This document shows, in pieces, positions 14,235-28,200 of a DNA stretch of 64,000 nt. The DNA lies in the NCBI GenBank assembly GCA_013265495.1, contig MU057719.1, forward strand, positions 806,001-870,000, in the 5' to 3' direction. The notes beneath the pieces were generated by a model that saw only the letters and a program-made list of their open reading frames with translations, was not told the DNA's origin and searched no databases. Source of the DNA: Vicugna vicugna (taxonomy: Eukaryota). A program made the translations under genes and the position numbers. How positions within the stretch are numbered: the stretch's first letter is position 1; every line of letters starts with the position of its first letter.

Positions 14235-14577
14235 CTGGGTTCAGGACAAGGGAGGGACCCGGTGAGCTGATGGTGAGCCCCTTGCAGACCAGCAGATGGA
14301 ACCTACATGACCACAGGCAAGTCACCTGACCCCTCAGCGCTTTCTGGCTTAAATCGAGGTTAATGACAGTTACCGGCTTACAGAAGAGCGGGCAGAGCCC
14401 AGTGGGGACAGCTTCGTGGGTCCACCCTGCCCATGCCCCAGGGTCTGACCACTTCCCTTTGCACCCTCTACCCCATCCAGCCCAGGCTGGGCACCCAGTT
14501 TACATGTCACAAACCCCGGGCTTTGAATAAATTCGGATTGGCTCTTACAGAGGCACAGAGGCAAATACAGCCAGTGT

Positions 14578-14715
14578 CACTAATTTTCATTCGTTCAACA
14601 AATAACCATCACTGGGTGGGTGGGTGGGAGAGGGGTGAGTGGATGGACGGTTGAATGGTTGGGTACAGATAGATGGATGGATGGGTAGGTTGGTGGGTGA
14701 GAGGATGGATGGATG
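14578..14715. repeat. L2-tail-like fragment (ttcattcgttcaacaaata) followed by degenerate (TGGA/GGGT)n simple repeat
   Basis: Read directly from the sequence. Confidence 0.6.
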
Positions 14716-16934
14716 GAAAATCTAACCCTTCCAGCCCTTCCCAGCCTCCCCAGATGCTCTATTACCTTTCATCCTCCCTGCCCTGCGTGGCCTGCCCTAG
14801 TCCTTATCAGACCCCCTCATGAACTTTCTTTAATCATTGTCGTGATTAAATACCCAGGACTCTATATACACCCCGTTGAGGACCATGTGCAAAGGGCCAA
14901 CTCTCAACTAAAAGGAACTCCTTGACCCCACCTCCACCTTCTCCTCCACTGGTCTTCGTCCCCCGCACCCCTGTGTCAGGTACCGAGCTGGCACTGGGGC
15001 CGAACTCACTACACACAGGGCAGGCCCCTGCCAAGGAGCCAGGATGACTCAGGGAGTGTCCGCCCTGGTGAAGGCCCCGGCGGGGGCAGGGTCTGTTGTC
15101 ACTGTTGTTCCTGGTGTGTGTGTGTGTGAGACAGAGGGAGACTGAGTGGGACCGGTTGTCCTGAATGACGGTGGGACAGGAACCCTCCTCGCTGGGCTTG
15201 CCCTTCCCCCAGGAGGAAACCAATTTCCCCATAAACAAAGAGCCCCAGCCACCTCGAGCTCATCCCAGCGGCGCGTGTCTGAAAGCCAGCGGCTCCTGCG
15301 TCTCCGAGCCCTGGCCCTGGACGGAGGGAAACGGCCTGGAAGCAGCCCGCACAGGGATTTTTTCTTTTTTTCCGTGAGAGGCGAGCCAGGCTGCAATCAT
15401 GGCTCCTCTCTGCCAGCGCTGGGCTGCGTAGTCTTTAGTCGGCTCTCGGGGGGAGGCTGGCTTCCTGGCCAGGTCTGCTCAGAATGTTCCAGGCCTCAGA
15501 GACACCAGCTCTGGGGCCCAGGGAGGTCCAAGTTTGGGGACTGACAGACCCTCACCGCGTGCCTGATTATTCATTCGCTGCTCGTCAGCGAGTGGAAACA
15601 CAGCAGGTCCTGATCAAGAGAGACAGGAATTCTGGTCCCAGCCCAGTCTCCCGCTGGTGGGGCGACATGAGTACTGTCCGGCTGTCCGGGCCTCATCCCC
15701 GCGGTGGGAACCCCCCACGGAGGCTGGGCCGTCAAAGCACCAGTCTTCCAGACACCTGCTCCTTACATCGGTTTGAATGCGGTGCTTTTCAAACCTTCTT
15801 GGACAGCAAGTAAGCCCTTCCTCCAAACGAGAGGAAACCCCAGTACTGAACTGGGCGGGCGGAGATGAGCTCAGGGCCCGCCGGCCCCACTTCCCCCACT
15901 CTCGCCCCCCATGCCAGGAGGTGCTGAGAACCGTTTGAAGGCATTGCTTGAGACTCCAGCTCCAAACCAATTCACCTGCATTTCTCCTGCTCCAAAGAGC
16001 TTCTCTAAGGAAAAGAAAGAACGCTTGGTGCTACAGCTGGAGCTCAGGAGACGGGACACTTGCCGCACTGATCCTCCAGCCCTTCGCGAGCTCACCGCGA
16101 GGCCCGGGGGCAGGGAGGGGCCCTGCTGCGTGCTGATGTGGCCGTGGACCTGCGCACAGACACCGCCTGCCACAGAACGCTTGTAACTTCCCCCATCAGC
16201 ACCGCCGCCACGCTGGCCTGGCCTCAGCACCCCGTAAAATGGGACTTCGGGAGGAGCTGGCCACAGAGTGCGCAGAGGGGGCCGTGGGGAGCCATCCACA
16301 GATCCAGCTTGGTGACTCTGCAGTGATGGGGAACTCGCTGTGTCTCCCGGCCACTCATTCCAGCCCTGGACAGCCCCGTCCAAAGGAGAGCTCTTCCTTT
16401 CAGCAGACCCCAAATCTGTCTGTTTACTTCCTTCTTCGTTTGTCCTCCTTGGCACCTTGGGCCACCCAGGGCAGGTCAGCCCATCCCTCTGCCTGGACAC
16501 CCTGTGGATGTTCAGAAACGGTGCCGTGTCCTCCCTGGGGACTGCCTTCCACCCGGGCCCGGCATGGGCCTCACCACTGAGGCTGCTTCCCCCGGAGGGA
16601 TCTCAAGCGACGTCACCTCCCCAGGCAGCGATGTGTGCAGGAGGCATAGAAGGCGCTCCCAGGCGCGTGTTCTGTGACAGTCCGGGCGTGTCTGGAGTCC
16701 CGGGGTGGGGGAACGGGCTCCTGACTCAGAGCAGGTCCACGGCCTTCAGGAGCAGGCTCTCGGAGCAGGCTCCTCCAACACCCAGCGCAGGGCTCGGCCC
16801 CCGGCTTGCTCCCGAGACCAGCCGCTCAGCCGCGCCTGGGCCTCAGCCCTACGTGGGTGGCAGCAGCAGCCCTGGCGACGGCGCCCCTTGCTGAGCTTTG
16901 GCCTGGACAGCTGGCCTCCCTTTTCATGTGCATC

Positions 16935-17040
16935 CCTATTACCGCGTTTGGATAGGTGCATGTCCCATTTTACAGGTGAAAAGTTGAGGCTTGGAGAGAT
17001 TAAGCAATTTGCCAAGTGCATGTGGTGCAGTCAGCCGGAG
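16935..17040 (-). mobile_element. MIR SINE fragment
   Basis: cccattttacaggtgaaaagttgaggcttggagagattaagcaatttgccaag is the reverse of the MIR core. Confidence 0.75.
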
Positions 17041-17837
17041 AGTGCACCCAAGTGCTCACCGCACACCCCACAAAGCCCACCTCGCACCCTCCGGAATGCC
17101 GGGGGGATCAGCCTGTCCCATACCCTGCTGAGGGGGATGGGAGGCTCCTAGAACAGGAGGGGCCACAGCTTCCAGCCCGAGGTGGAGAACCCGTGGTCCA
17201 TTCAGAGCTCTGCACGGCCACCTCCCCAGCTCCTCCCTCGAGCCGGTCTCCTGAGATGCCGGCCAGGGCTGCGGGAGGCGTAGCCATGCCAGACCACCTG
17301 CTGCCCAGTGTTCAGTCAGTGGCTGGTCTCATCCTCCTCGCTGGCCAGAGCATGCAGGGGGCGTCTAAAGCTCTGGCCAGCTGGGATGGGGCTTCAGGGG
17401 CAGAGCCAGGACCATCTTGCGTTTTGAGTGGCGGCAGCCCCAGTCTTGTCCAAACCCAAACATGAAGTCTCAGGTATAGACCAGGCGGCACCGGGGTCTC
17501 CCTACAACGTTTACCACGGGTCCCGGTCCTGGGAGGGACCAGCGCTGGCCCCAGACGCAGCTCCAGTCTCTGGTCTGCGACCAGCACCTTGGTGTGGTGG
17601 TGGCTGGCCCCGTGAACGGGCAGACACAGATTCAAACCCAGGTGGACACTTACTACGCACGTGTATCTATCTGCCCAGGCACCCGAGGGGGTTCCTGACC
17701 CTCCCACTTCCTCCCCGATGTGGCCCTGAGTCTGAGCTGTTTCCTCAGAGGGTCTCTCTGCCCCTCCTGTGTTTGCTGTAAGTGAAACCCTCACCACCTG
17801 AGATTTCTTACTTTTAACGCAAAGGACATTTGCTCTA

Positions 17838-18014
<177 letters not shown>

Positions 18015-18317
18015 TCAAGCCGAGAAGGGGGTGAGTTTTCACAGGAGAATGTGTTCTCATCCATGGAAGACAGGTCTGCTTTTGCAAAACAGCCTACCTG
18101 AGCCCCGGGCAGCAGCCCCACCTGTTCGGGGCCCAGGGCCCACGATCTAGAAAACAGCCGGGGGTGGGGGGGGCGCCGAGGGAGGCAGGTCTTAGAGGGG
18201 ACCGGACATTTGCATTTTCCATCCCAGTGACTCAGCCTGAGCACACTCTGCAGCTGTCAAAGCACCCTCGGGGGCTGGGAGTGAAGACGGGGGCCCACCA
18301 ACATCCCAGTCCCTCCT

Positions 18318-18368
18318 CACACACACACACGCACACGCACACACGCGCACAGACACACATGCACACGG
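18318..18368. repeat. Degenerate (CA)n/(CG)n microsatellite
   Basis: cacacacacacgcacacgcacacacgcgcacagacacacatgcacacg. Confidence 0.85.
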
Positions 18369-21300
18369 GCTTCTCACTGTCACCTTCAGCAGGGGCGCGC
18401 AGAATCCTCACCACCACCCCGAAAGGGACCTCAGAAGGCACCTCGCGTGCTGCGAATGTGCCAGAATTCTCCACCTCGGTCTCCCTCAGCCCAGCCGGGG
18501 TTCTAACTGAAGGGGCACGCTGGCCCTCAGGCCTCCAGCGATCAAAACGGAGAAGCTGGGGCTGCAGCCGGGGGGTTGGCCGTGCCCCCCCCCCGACGCC
18601 TCTGCCCAGGTCTGCGATGGCTGCGGTGCGCAGGGACGCCGTCCTGGGGCCCCGCCAGCGACAGGCTATGATTCTTGGCCGGAACTCAGGCGGCCAGGCC
18701 AGCTATTGTTAGGGTTGTTTGCTTCTTTGAACCAGTCGGTGTGCTGGGGCCAACCTCAGTATCCAGTGTGCAGGCTCGTTTTGGACTCGGCAGGGGCGGA
18801 GGGAAGTGGCGGCGGCTCCCAGACAGCTGCTCTGAGACGCAGCTGGCCGGGCCTGAATGTGGCCCGCGGAGTCCTGAGACACCTCCCCCGCCCAGAGCCA
18901 GCAAAGGGGACGTGGGGCGATGGGCCGGAGGGCAGCACAGCATTCGGGCCCCACCGCCTGTCCACTTCCTGTCGGACCCAGAGGGGCTGACTGAGGACCA
19001 CCTTGAGCTCAGAGCCTCTCACGGGGTGCAGCTCCTCTCCTGGGGACCTTCTGTCACCCCGGAGGCCAGGCTCAGACGAGGGGTGCAGGGCATACGTTCT
19101 CAAAGGCTTTCCGGCCAGTTCAGTGATGGAGACATTGCTGTTGGTCCTCCAACTTCTGGGATTTCACAAGTGGATGAGAACGGCTCTTACGTTTTAGTTT
19201 TGCATCAGTGTTGCCCTAAAGGCACATCACGCTGAGGACCAGGAAAGAAACCGCCCACGGACCTGAGGTGGTGAACTGGCCGAGGTGACCACATCCACCC
19301 CGGGAGTGAGCGGGAGGGGGTGAGGAGGCAGACGAGGACGGAGCTGGCGCTGGGCCCCCTCACCTGGTGGCTCCACAGCCAGGAGCCTGCCCCAGGCCCT
19401 CCACAGGTGCGGGGGGGAGGGGAAGGCTCCCCCTCTCACCTCCTTCAAAGTGAGGGGGAGCTTTATAAATGGGTTCCCCGCCCACCCAAGACCCAGCATC
19501 TCAGAACAAAGGCCCCAGGGACCTCCTTGGGGAGGAAGACCACTCCCTATGAGCCGATTTCAAACACACCGAAATGCGCTGATTGGGTCCCTCACCCTCC
19601 TTTCAACAGCTTTAAATTCTCCCCAAGAACTAAAAGGGATGAAAAGATCCAGCCCCTGCCCCGCCCGCCCCCCCCAGCTGCGGAGAGGCTGCACCATCTT
19701 TATCTGATTACACACTCCTCTGGCCGGCAGCAGCGTGACTCATTCTGGAGAGAGAGAGCAGTTCAAAATAACCCTTTGGGTTTTAAGCACCAAAGGTATT
19801 TCTGGAGGGGCTGCCCACGCAGCACGGCTAACACAGCACGCTTCACGCGCGGCACAGGCGCCCCTCATGTCCCCTCACAGTGCCAGGCCTGGCGGGAGAA
19901 GAGCACCCCGGAAGTCACTACACCGCCTCCGTCCGGTGGGAAGCCAGCGCCCCGCGACCCTGGGAGTCAGAGCTGCAGGGCCGCCACGGCACCCCGGGCT
20001 GGGATGCTGCAAACCCGGGGCCCGGGGCCCGCTCCCCAGCCGCCCGGCAAGCACAGGCCGTCCAGCCCCTGCAGGGGCGCCTCTGGGACACCACGCTTAT
20101 TTATAAAAGACTCAGAAAAGCGCTTTGCTTTTCTTCCCGTCCAGGCGGGGAGAGGGACCCTGTGTCTCTGTGTCCCTCTGGTGCCCAGGCCTCCCTCGAT
20201 GGTCTGAGGCTGCTCTGAGAAGGGGAAAATAACCTTTCCTTCCTGGGCTGCCCCCTTTGCTTCCGCCCTCTCAGAGCAGACGCGCCTTCCTGTGTTTGGA
20301 CAACTGGCCGCGACACGGCTATTTTGGCCTGGCGGTTTCCCCCACGGCGGCCTCTCTCAGCCTTTTATCTCCGAGGACCATCTTTGGTCTCCGCTCTGCG
20401 GCTCCTTTGATGCAGCCGCTGGGGGAGCCGCCCCATCTCACCCGTTGTCGGGACTCTGAGTTGACGGTCACTGTATTGATTCCTGCATCCCCCACAGGCC
20501 GGCGCTGGAAGCCCAGCCATTCCCCTTGGGGCCAAGGAGGGCGGGGGAGGGGAGGCTCAACTGCGACAGGGCAGGAGAGAGTCTCGACAATGTGACTTAA
20601 GACCCTAAGGCTTGACCTGACCTAGGAATCCTCTATGAACGCCGGAGATGGCAGGCCCTGAGGCCAAACTGAACAGCAGCCTGTGTGGCACCTGGTAAAC
20701 CCGTTCAGAGAGGGACCCTGGCCATCACAGAGCTGGCCTTCCTTACATCTATCACGGTCCAGGTCTTGGTGGTCCTTCCTGTTTCGGGGTTCCTCCCTGG
20801 GTGATTCGGGGCTTCACAGACAGGGTAGAACTCAATCCTCTGGACAGCCCTGAGGGCTGAGAAGAGCTCCCCAGGCTCGGAGCCCTAAGGAACTGGCCCC
20901 AGTGGCACAGGCAAGTGCGGGCTGATTCTGAACTCCAGCCCTTTGCTGTGAGCCCCCACTTCAGACTCAGAACCTGTCGCCCCCTTGCAGCTCCTGGACC
21001 CACAAGCCCCCAGAGCCCCAGCCTCTGCACGCTTCTGGACCTGGGTTGGGGCGAGTGGACGGCCCCGACGGGCCCATGGGGAGAGGGCACAGCAGCCCCG
21101 GGCCTCCTGCTCTGTCCACGCTTGCAAAGAACTCCACTCAGAACTTCAGAGGTGTCCCGGATGTGCCCCTGCTACCACATGGGAGCCGGGGGCCTCAGCA
21201 AAGAGCTTGAGAAAGGGGGCTTCGGAGAGGCTCTTGGGGCCAGCTTCACCGCTCTCGCTCCCAGGGAAGGGTGAAAGGGTCACCTCCAACCACATCAGCT

Positions 21301-22420
21301 TGAGAGTGAGCCCCAAGTCTGGCATCAAACTCGGTTCCCCTGAGCTCCCCAAGGACGCCCACCCCTGCATCCTCGGCGCTGGCTGGGGCTCCTCCGGCTC
21401 GGGGTCTGAAGTCGAGGGGTTTGGGTGGGGCCTCCGAACACAGGACAAAGCAAAACCCAGCTGGCCTGCTGCTGCCTCCAGGCCCTGCCTGCCGTGCGGG
21501 CTCAGCCTGTCTGAACCAGCCTCACTGCCCTGAGAGCTGCCGGAGAACAGGCGGGCCCTTCCCGGGGCAGGGGGCTGTCATCGGCCCGGGGGTCTGTCCC
21601 CTGGACTGGCCTCTAGTAGAGACAGGGGCAGGCCTGGACCACACTGCTTGCAGCTGCCCCCAACCCAGGGAGGCTCCTGGCCTCAGACTCCTCCAGGGCC
21701 AGCTGTGATCCCAGTGTCCCCAGGTGTGACCCTCCAGGCGCCCTAGGGTGTGTCCTTGGCTCTGGGCGCCTGGCTCCCAGTGGACTCTCACACGGCCCAT
21801 CCCTGAGGCATGTCCAGCCCCCACGGCAGAAGGCTCATCCCTAATGCCTGGTTCCAGCGTCTGGCTCTGGGCCGAGGACCCCGCGGGACCACCCCCAGGC
21901 TCCTCCCTGGCCTGCAGGGAAGGTTGGTGCTGAGCCGCCCCGCCTTCGGGGAGCGTCCACTTCATGCCCACCATCCTTGTGTGCGATGGCCGTCCAGACT
22001 GAGACCCTGAGGACCACCAGCCTTCAGGCCCTGTGACCCTGAGGATGTCGCTTACCTAGCTCTCTGGCCCAGTACCCGTCCCGGGTGTAACGGGTCCATG
22101 TGTCCGTGCTCACAGGATGCTCAGCCCTGAGCTTGGCTTAGAACCGTTAGCCACCCCCCAACCCCCAGTTCCTGGGGTCAGATCACACGTGGGTGTGCGG
22201 TTCGGGGCTTAACCCACGGGCCTAGCTTGTGGGAAGGACACGCTGAAACCCAGGCCTCTGGCCTCCTGCTCAGATCCAGGGTGGGGCGGGGGCCCCGGGC
22301 AGGGGTGACTCCCTCCCTCTTACCTCTGTCCTGGCCCTCCAGCCAGACCACTGTAGGGAGGCCTCGCTGACCACCCCCAGCCCCGGCGGCCCCCAGACAG
22401 GGCAGGGGAGGCGGCCCTAC

Positions 22421-22793
22421 CTGGCCTTCTGCGTCCTGTTCCCGGCCACGGCGGGGAGGCTGGCGCTGGCGTTGGGGAACGGGGCCTCGGAGGAGGCATT
22501 GGTCACCCTGTCACTGCTCAGCTCCAGGTAGGACCCGTTGAGCAGGTAAATGCTGGCTCCCTCATTCTCCTCGTAGTCAACGTAGAGGCTGTCAGCCGGG
22601 GAGCTCCTCGGGGAGCCCTGTGCAAAGATGCTGTTGACCGTCTCATTGAGGGGGAGCTCCCTGGAGTCAGAGCCTGTGCCCAGGAGCTGGTCGGAGATGG
22701 CGTTGGCCGAGAGGAGCTCCTGGGAGGTAAAGCGGGCGTCAGCCTCTTGGTCATCCCGGTCTCCCGCGAGAGCCGTTCCAGTGGCGTTGCCAT
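22421..22793 (-). CDS. ADAMTSL2: ADAMTSL2 exon 11 (N-glycan-rich module)
   Basis: cctatag|AT GGC ... GCC AG|gtagg; 373 nt; six N-x-S/T sequons (NAT, NET, NGS, NAS, NAS, NRT). Confidence 0.96.
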
Positions 22794-23914
22794 CTATAGG
22801 GGAGACGGGGGTCTCAACCTCCAGTGCCCCCTCGTGTGGGGGGGCAAGGGCTGCCCTGGGGGTGGGGGCGGACGGCGGGGAGGAGCTGCAGCAAAGACCT
22901 GGACCGGAGAGTTGCCAGAGGCAGGTTTCCGCCCAATGAGAGGACACAGGTCATCCAGGGAGGCTCGCCAGCCAGCCTGGACAAGCTCTCGTGGGGGGAC
23001 CTGCGGGACTTCTGCAGTGGGTTGAACAGCGTCCCCCCAAGATTCGTGATGGCCCCGACCATCAGAATGTGAGCTAATTTGGAAACAGGATCTTCACAGA
23101 AGTACAAATCTTCAGACGAGGTCGTAATGGGTTGAGCTGGCCCCGATTTCAATGCCTGCTGCCTTAGTAAGCAGCAAACTCATGGAGACACACAGACACA
23201 GGGGAAGAGCCAGGAGAGGACGCCGCGGGGACCACAGCGCTGTGGCCGCAAGCCAAGGCTCCTGGGGCCCCCAGGGGCTGGAAGAGGCGGGAAGGACCCT
23301 CTGCTAGAGGTTCCAGCCACACCTGGATTCTGGACTCTGGCCTCAGAGCTGGGAGACAGCAGATGTCTGTGGTTTTCAACCCCCCGATCTGCGGTCATTT
23401 GCTACAGCTGCCCCAGGAAACTTCCACCTGAAGATTCTAAGGGTCCTGGAAACCTGCCCCCAAGTGAGCGAGGGGCTTCTTCCCACGTCTGGTTTACCTT
23501 CCAGCCCTGAGCAGGAGGGATGGCGCAGACCAGCTCTGATGAGCCACCCCATGACCCTCAGGAGTGCAGGCCAATGGCCAGCGTGGGCACGGGGACCCTG
23601 GCCCCACCCCCAGGCCTTCAGCTGCACCTCCCGCCACTCCCCCTGGAGCCTGCCCCACGCAGGTCCTCCACCGGCCCCACCAGGCTGTCCCCCACTGGCC
23701 TGCTCTCACCCCCACCCCTTTCCCATGCCCTTCTCGGCTGACCCTCACCTGCTCCTGAGCCCTCAGGGCAGGGCTCACCCTCTCCAAGGACTTGGGGTCC
23801 TCCTTGTTTCCCCTCAACTGCCCATGGTCCCTTCCAGAGTTCTTGCCACCCCTTGCTCTGCTGTCTGCCTGTCTGTCTGTCCCCACCGAACGGGCGAGGG
23901 CGCAGGCTCTGGGA

Positions 23915-24050
23915 TCAGACCACCCTGGATTCGGCTCCACCTCCTCCCGGGTAGCCTGCGGGACTTGGGAAAGTCTCCTCTCTCCAAGCCTCAGTCTCCC
24001 CGTTTGTCGAGTGGCGGTGGCCATACCCACCTCAGAGCAGGTGCGTGGAG
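23915..24050 (+). mobile_element. MIR SINE fragment (GC-shifted)
   Basis: ggattcggctccacctcctcc...gacttgggaaagtc...gcctcagtctccccgtttgtcgag...atacccacctcagag follows the MIR layout. Confidence 0.6.
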
Positions 24051-24207
24051 AGGCCACCTGCAAAGGGCTGGCCCTGGGCCTGCCCCGTCTGTGTGGCACG
24101 GGCACCTCTGTCAACCTCTTCTGCAGGCTGCCAGGGACTGAAGACCCTTCGCCCGAGGCCCCTCTCCCTCGGAAGGCCCGCCCCACCCCGCCCCTCCTCC
24201 TGGTTAC

Positions 24208-24556
24208 CTCGGAAGCCCTTGCCCCTGGGGGGCCCCGCGCAGGCCCCGCCGCTGGCCTGCGCGCACACCTCGTTGGTCTCCTGGTCTCTGCTCAGACCCA
24301 GCTCGATCCCCGGGTCCCGGTGGCCGAACAGTCGGTGGTCCAGGCCCAGCCGCTCCGAGGAGGCCTGGCCGTAGAGGGAGCCGTTGTGTTGCAGGAAGCC
24401 CGCCAGCCCGGCGCCGTCCAGCTCCTGGCTCTCCGCGCTGTCCGAGGCGGGCTCGGAGAAGCTGTAGTAGACGGGCTGGACGCGGTGCGCGTGCGGCGGC
24501 TGCAGCAGCGTGTACTCGAAGGTGATGGAGGGGCTTTTGCCGTTCTGGTTCCACAC
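24208..24556 (-). CDS. ADAMTSL2: ADAMTSL2 exon 10 (end of spacer and start of glycan-rich module, [21 protein letters not shown]...GKGFR)
   Basis: gccag|GTG TGG ... CGA G|gtaac; 349 nt. Confidence 0.96.
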
Positions 24557-24799
24557 CTGGCAAAGGCAGAGAAGTGGGGCCCCGGCCCTTCTTCCCGCCA
24601 GCCCCATCGCCCACAAGCCCCGTTAGGACAGAAGACACTGCCCTGAGCTGCAAGACCGTTCCCCGGCCATGGCCTGCGGCTGAGTCCTTCCCAGGGACTC
24701 AGCTTTGACCAAAGAACGCCGCCTCTCCCAAGGCTATACCTGGCCCCAGAGGCCGCCTGTGTCCAAAGCCTGGTGAGCAGGGGCGCGGGCGGTGAGGGG

Positions 24800-25088
24800 T
24801 GTGCCCAGTGCCGAGACGGTTAAAAGCCAGTTAAAAGCTGTCCTGCATTTTACAGTCACCACGTGCCAGCATCCTAAGTGAAAGAGCGTCCGTCCCACCA
24901 CCTTCCCCCGGGGAACCCCACTGCCGGCCAAGTGGAAGTGCCCAGACCCAGAGCCATCCCAGTGTCAGAGCCGGCCCTGGGACAGGCCGCAGCCTCTGCT
25001 GAGAATGTCCCCACCCAGCATCCCCGTCCACCAGTCCTGCTGCCCCTCCGGGTGCTCGCAGGCTCTTTCCAGGGACTCGGCCGAGGTC
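24800..25088 (+). mobile_element. 5' LTR (LTR16-like, partly deleted) of the ERVL relic
   Basis: Directly precedes the PBS. gagccatcccagtgtcagagccggccctggg...ccagtcctgctgcccctcc...gctctttccagggactcggcc follows the recalled LTR16 layout and loosely parallels the 3' LTR. The 5' boundary is uncertain. Confidence 0.55.
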
Positions 25089-25249
25089 GGCTGGTGTCAG
25101 GGCAGGTCCTAGGAAGTGGACCCTCCAATAGGAGTTGAGAGCAGGAACCCCGCCAGGAGGGGCGGTGACAGTCCTCCCCGGTGGTGCGCGGGCACTGGGA
25201 CCCCCTTAACAGAGGGTAAGGAAGGACATGGAAGGCGGTGTGTTAGAGA

Positions 25250-28200
25250 AAGGCTGGAAGGCGAGGTTGTTGGCCCCACCTAATCTCCAGTTTCAGGCCA
25301 AGCCAGAGGGCCCCCCTGGTGTCACACAGAGACACTCTCCTGTCATCCAGCCAGGGCCAGAAAGGTAGAAGGGCATCAGGGACCGTGGGAGACTGGCTTC
25401 TCCACTTCGCCAAGAGCCCGGCTGGGAGGAGGCGTGGGGCACGGTGTCTGAGTCAGTCTGCTCAAAAATTTTGAAATCTCAGGTTCCCTGGAAACTTTGC
25501 CCCTGAAAAGTGGCCATTCCTCCCTGTTAAGGCCACTGCGTGGCCCTTGCCTGAAGATGGTACCTCTCTGCCTTTTAGACCCTACTGGCCCCCCTCAGGA
25601 CCAGGCCCCACCTGGCTGATGGCTCGAGTGAACCCTGTCTTCACCCAGTCAAGGGAGCACCAGGGCTGCTCAGGGGAGAAGGGACAGTCCGTGAGGGACC
25701 TTCAGGACCTGCCAGTGGGAGCCGGCAGAAGATGGGGGGTGCCCGCGACTGGTGCCAAGGGTCAGGCTGGATCAGAGACGGCAAAAGATGGGCCTGGATG
25801 AGGGAGAGATTCTCCCATCTCAACAGGAGGGCGCACACTGGCAAGAACTCTGGGAGAGAGCGAGGCCGACACCGAGGCAGATGATGGAAGAGTGAGGAAA
25901 AGGCTGGGAAAGCCACCAGGACGGCCTCGGGGACCAGCGGCAGGAACATGACAGTGAAGTGTCACCAGCGCCACTGAGAGGGGTGCCTCGAGGGGTGGCG
26001 CTGAGAGTCCTCGTAGGCCAGGGCTGAGGGCAGGAGAGGCTGTCCACGACAGCCAGAACGAGGGGCCCCCAGGACTGCACTGAGCACCAAGGCAGACGCG
26101 GTAGCCAGGGGGCCTGACCCCAGAGACCTCTGGACACAGCTGACGGGACCAAGGGCTCCCATGGGACAAACACACGGGCCCAGAAAATGTGCTTCTCAAT
26201 CCGTACGACCAGAAGAAACCAAGGGTAGGTGGTCACAAAGCAGACGGCAGCAGCCACAGAAGTCACAGCGCCCCCACCCAATTTCCTGGACCAGTTTTTA
26301 GACCCAGACCCCCCTGAATGATGGAACAGCCAGGTCCCCAGGAAGGAGGAGCCCCACCCAGTTTGTATGGGCATGACTCCCCTAGCTCTTCCCCCAAAGA
26401 GCCCACAGCTCTTTACTTGGTGGGCTGTTCAGTGCAGAAACGGGCAGACATTCTGGAGCCAAGGTCCAGGCTGTCATCGCTCACCAGGGACCCAAAGCAT
26501 CATCGTTGCCCCCGTTACTGTGGGAGCACGTGGGTGACGGGTATGGCCCAAGCATGGCCCAGGTCCGGCTCACGGCCTCTCCCTGGATCCCAGGCTCACC
26601 CGCCCCCCAGACGCGTAGCTGGTAGTTGGCAGGACCCTGACGTAGCTCCTTCACCTGGTGGGTAAGAGCTGCCACGGGCGGGAAAGCCAGGTGGAAGCCT
26701 GTCGCCCTGATCCCCAGCCTCGTCCAGCAGAGTCTGTCAAACACCACCCCGCATCCCAGGCGGAAACGCAGATGAGCGCCGCTCTCAAAGGCCTCGCAGG
26801 CGCAGGGGCGAGGCAGCCCCCGTTTAACTCAGCAGTTTGGCCCCGAAAAAAGCCAGACAGACCCCGGAAGAGGATAGTGAGCCACTCCGCTCTCAGCCGA
26901 GCGGCAGCCCAGGTGCAGCCCCGGGGCGGACGCGGCATCCTTCCCAGAGCGGGCTGACGTGGCCCCAAGTCGACCTTCTGTGGCCACCCATCTGGCAAAT
27001 ACGGGCTTTCCTACCCTTCCCACGAAGCAGGAGCAGACGCAGTCCTGTTTCACGCGGACAGACAACAGTGGCTCTTTACAGCTCTGACTGGCCCATTCCC
27101 TGTCCTAATGCAGAGCAAACGGGCCTGGACCATCTAGAGGACGTGGCCTTGGCCTCTACATTGACGTCATCGTGTTTATCAGTCCAGACGAGCAGGAAGT
27201 AGCATTAGAGGCCTTCATAAAGCGCATGTATCCCAGCGGATGGAGACCAACCCCTATAAAGACACAGTGGCCCCACATCAGTGAAAATCTCGGGGTCCGG
27301 GAGTCTAGGGCAGGGCAGGACGTCTTGAAAATAAAGGGGAAAATGCTGCATCTCATATCCCCCCATCACGAAGAATTTGGGACACAACGCACTCCACGTC
27401 TGGGACTGTGGGCCCCATCCGCATGCTGAGCACCATGAAAAGTCGTCGGCTTTGAGTGGGGTCCTGAAGAGAAGGGGCTGTAATGTGAGCAGCCCGCCCC
27501 CCTGGGCCGCAATCCCTGGCAGCCCCCGCAGCACCAGAGGTGTCTGTGGTGAGAAAGGTGGCCCGTGGGGCTCCTGGCAAGCTTTGCCAGGAAAACGACA
27601 GCGTAGACTGCTAGCGTTCTGGAGCAAGGCCCATCACCTAAACTAAGCACACACTGGAAGAAGGCTTCTGGCATGCTCCCAGGCCCGGCTAGAGATGACC
27701 CTTCGACCACGGGGCGCCGAGTGACCCGGGCGGACAGAGCTGAGCACCACAACACGAGGCCTCTCAGCTCCACCATGTTACCGGGCTGGGAGGGCGCGGC
27801 ACCCAACAGGAGGCGAGAGGTCCGAGAGCTCACCAGCAGGCGGCCCAGGCTCCCATCACCCAAGACCCTTGCACCTGCATCTCTCCCTCAGCTCACAGCT
27901 CCGTCTGCGTGGGCTTCCCTTAGGATAAAGTCAGAGGGGGGAAAATGGTCCACCTCGATTCAGAGCTGGGGCACGTGATCTGGGGGTGCAAGCTGGATCT
28001 GCCTCGGGTCGCCCTGAAAAGTTGCTGAGAAGGAAAATCTCCCCAGTGAGCCTCAGGCAGTGCACGGAGGTGGTCACCCGGGTTGCATGGAAAGTGTGGG
28101 GTGGTCCTAGGTGAGAGTGTACACTGACTCGTGGGCAGTGCAGATGGCTTGGCTGGTGGGTCGGGGCCTGGATGGAAAAATTTTTAAGATCAGGGCTGAG

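Noticed and set aside
24440-24470. Four extra residues in ADAMTSL2 exon 10 ([10 protein letters not shown] versus recalled human SESAES)
   Set aside because: In-frame change in a poorly conserved glycan-rich linker. Other mammals probably share the longer form, so it is unlikely to be novel.
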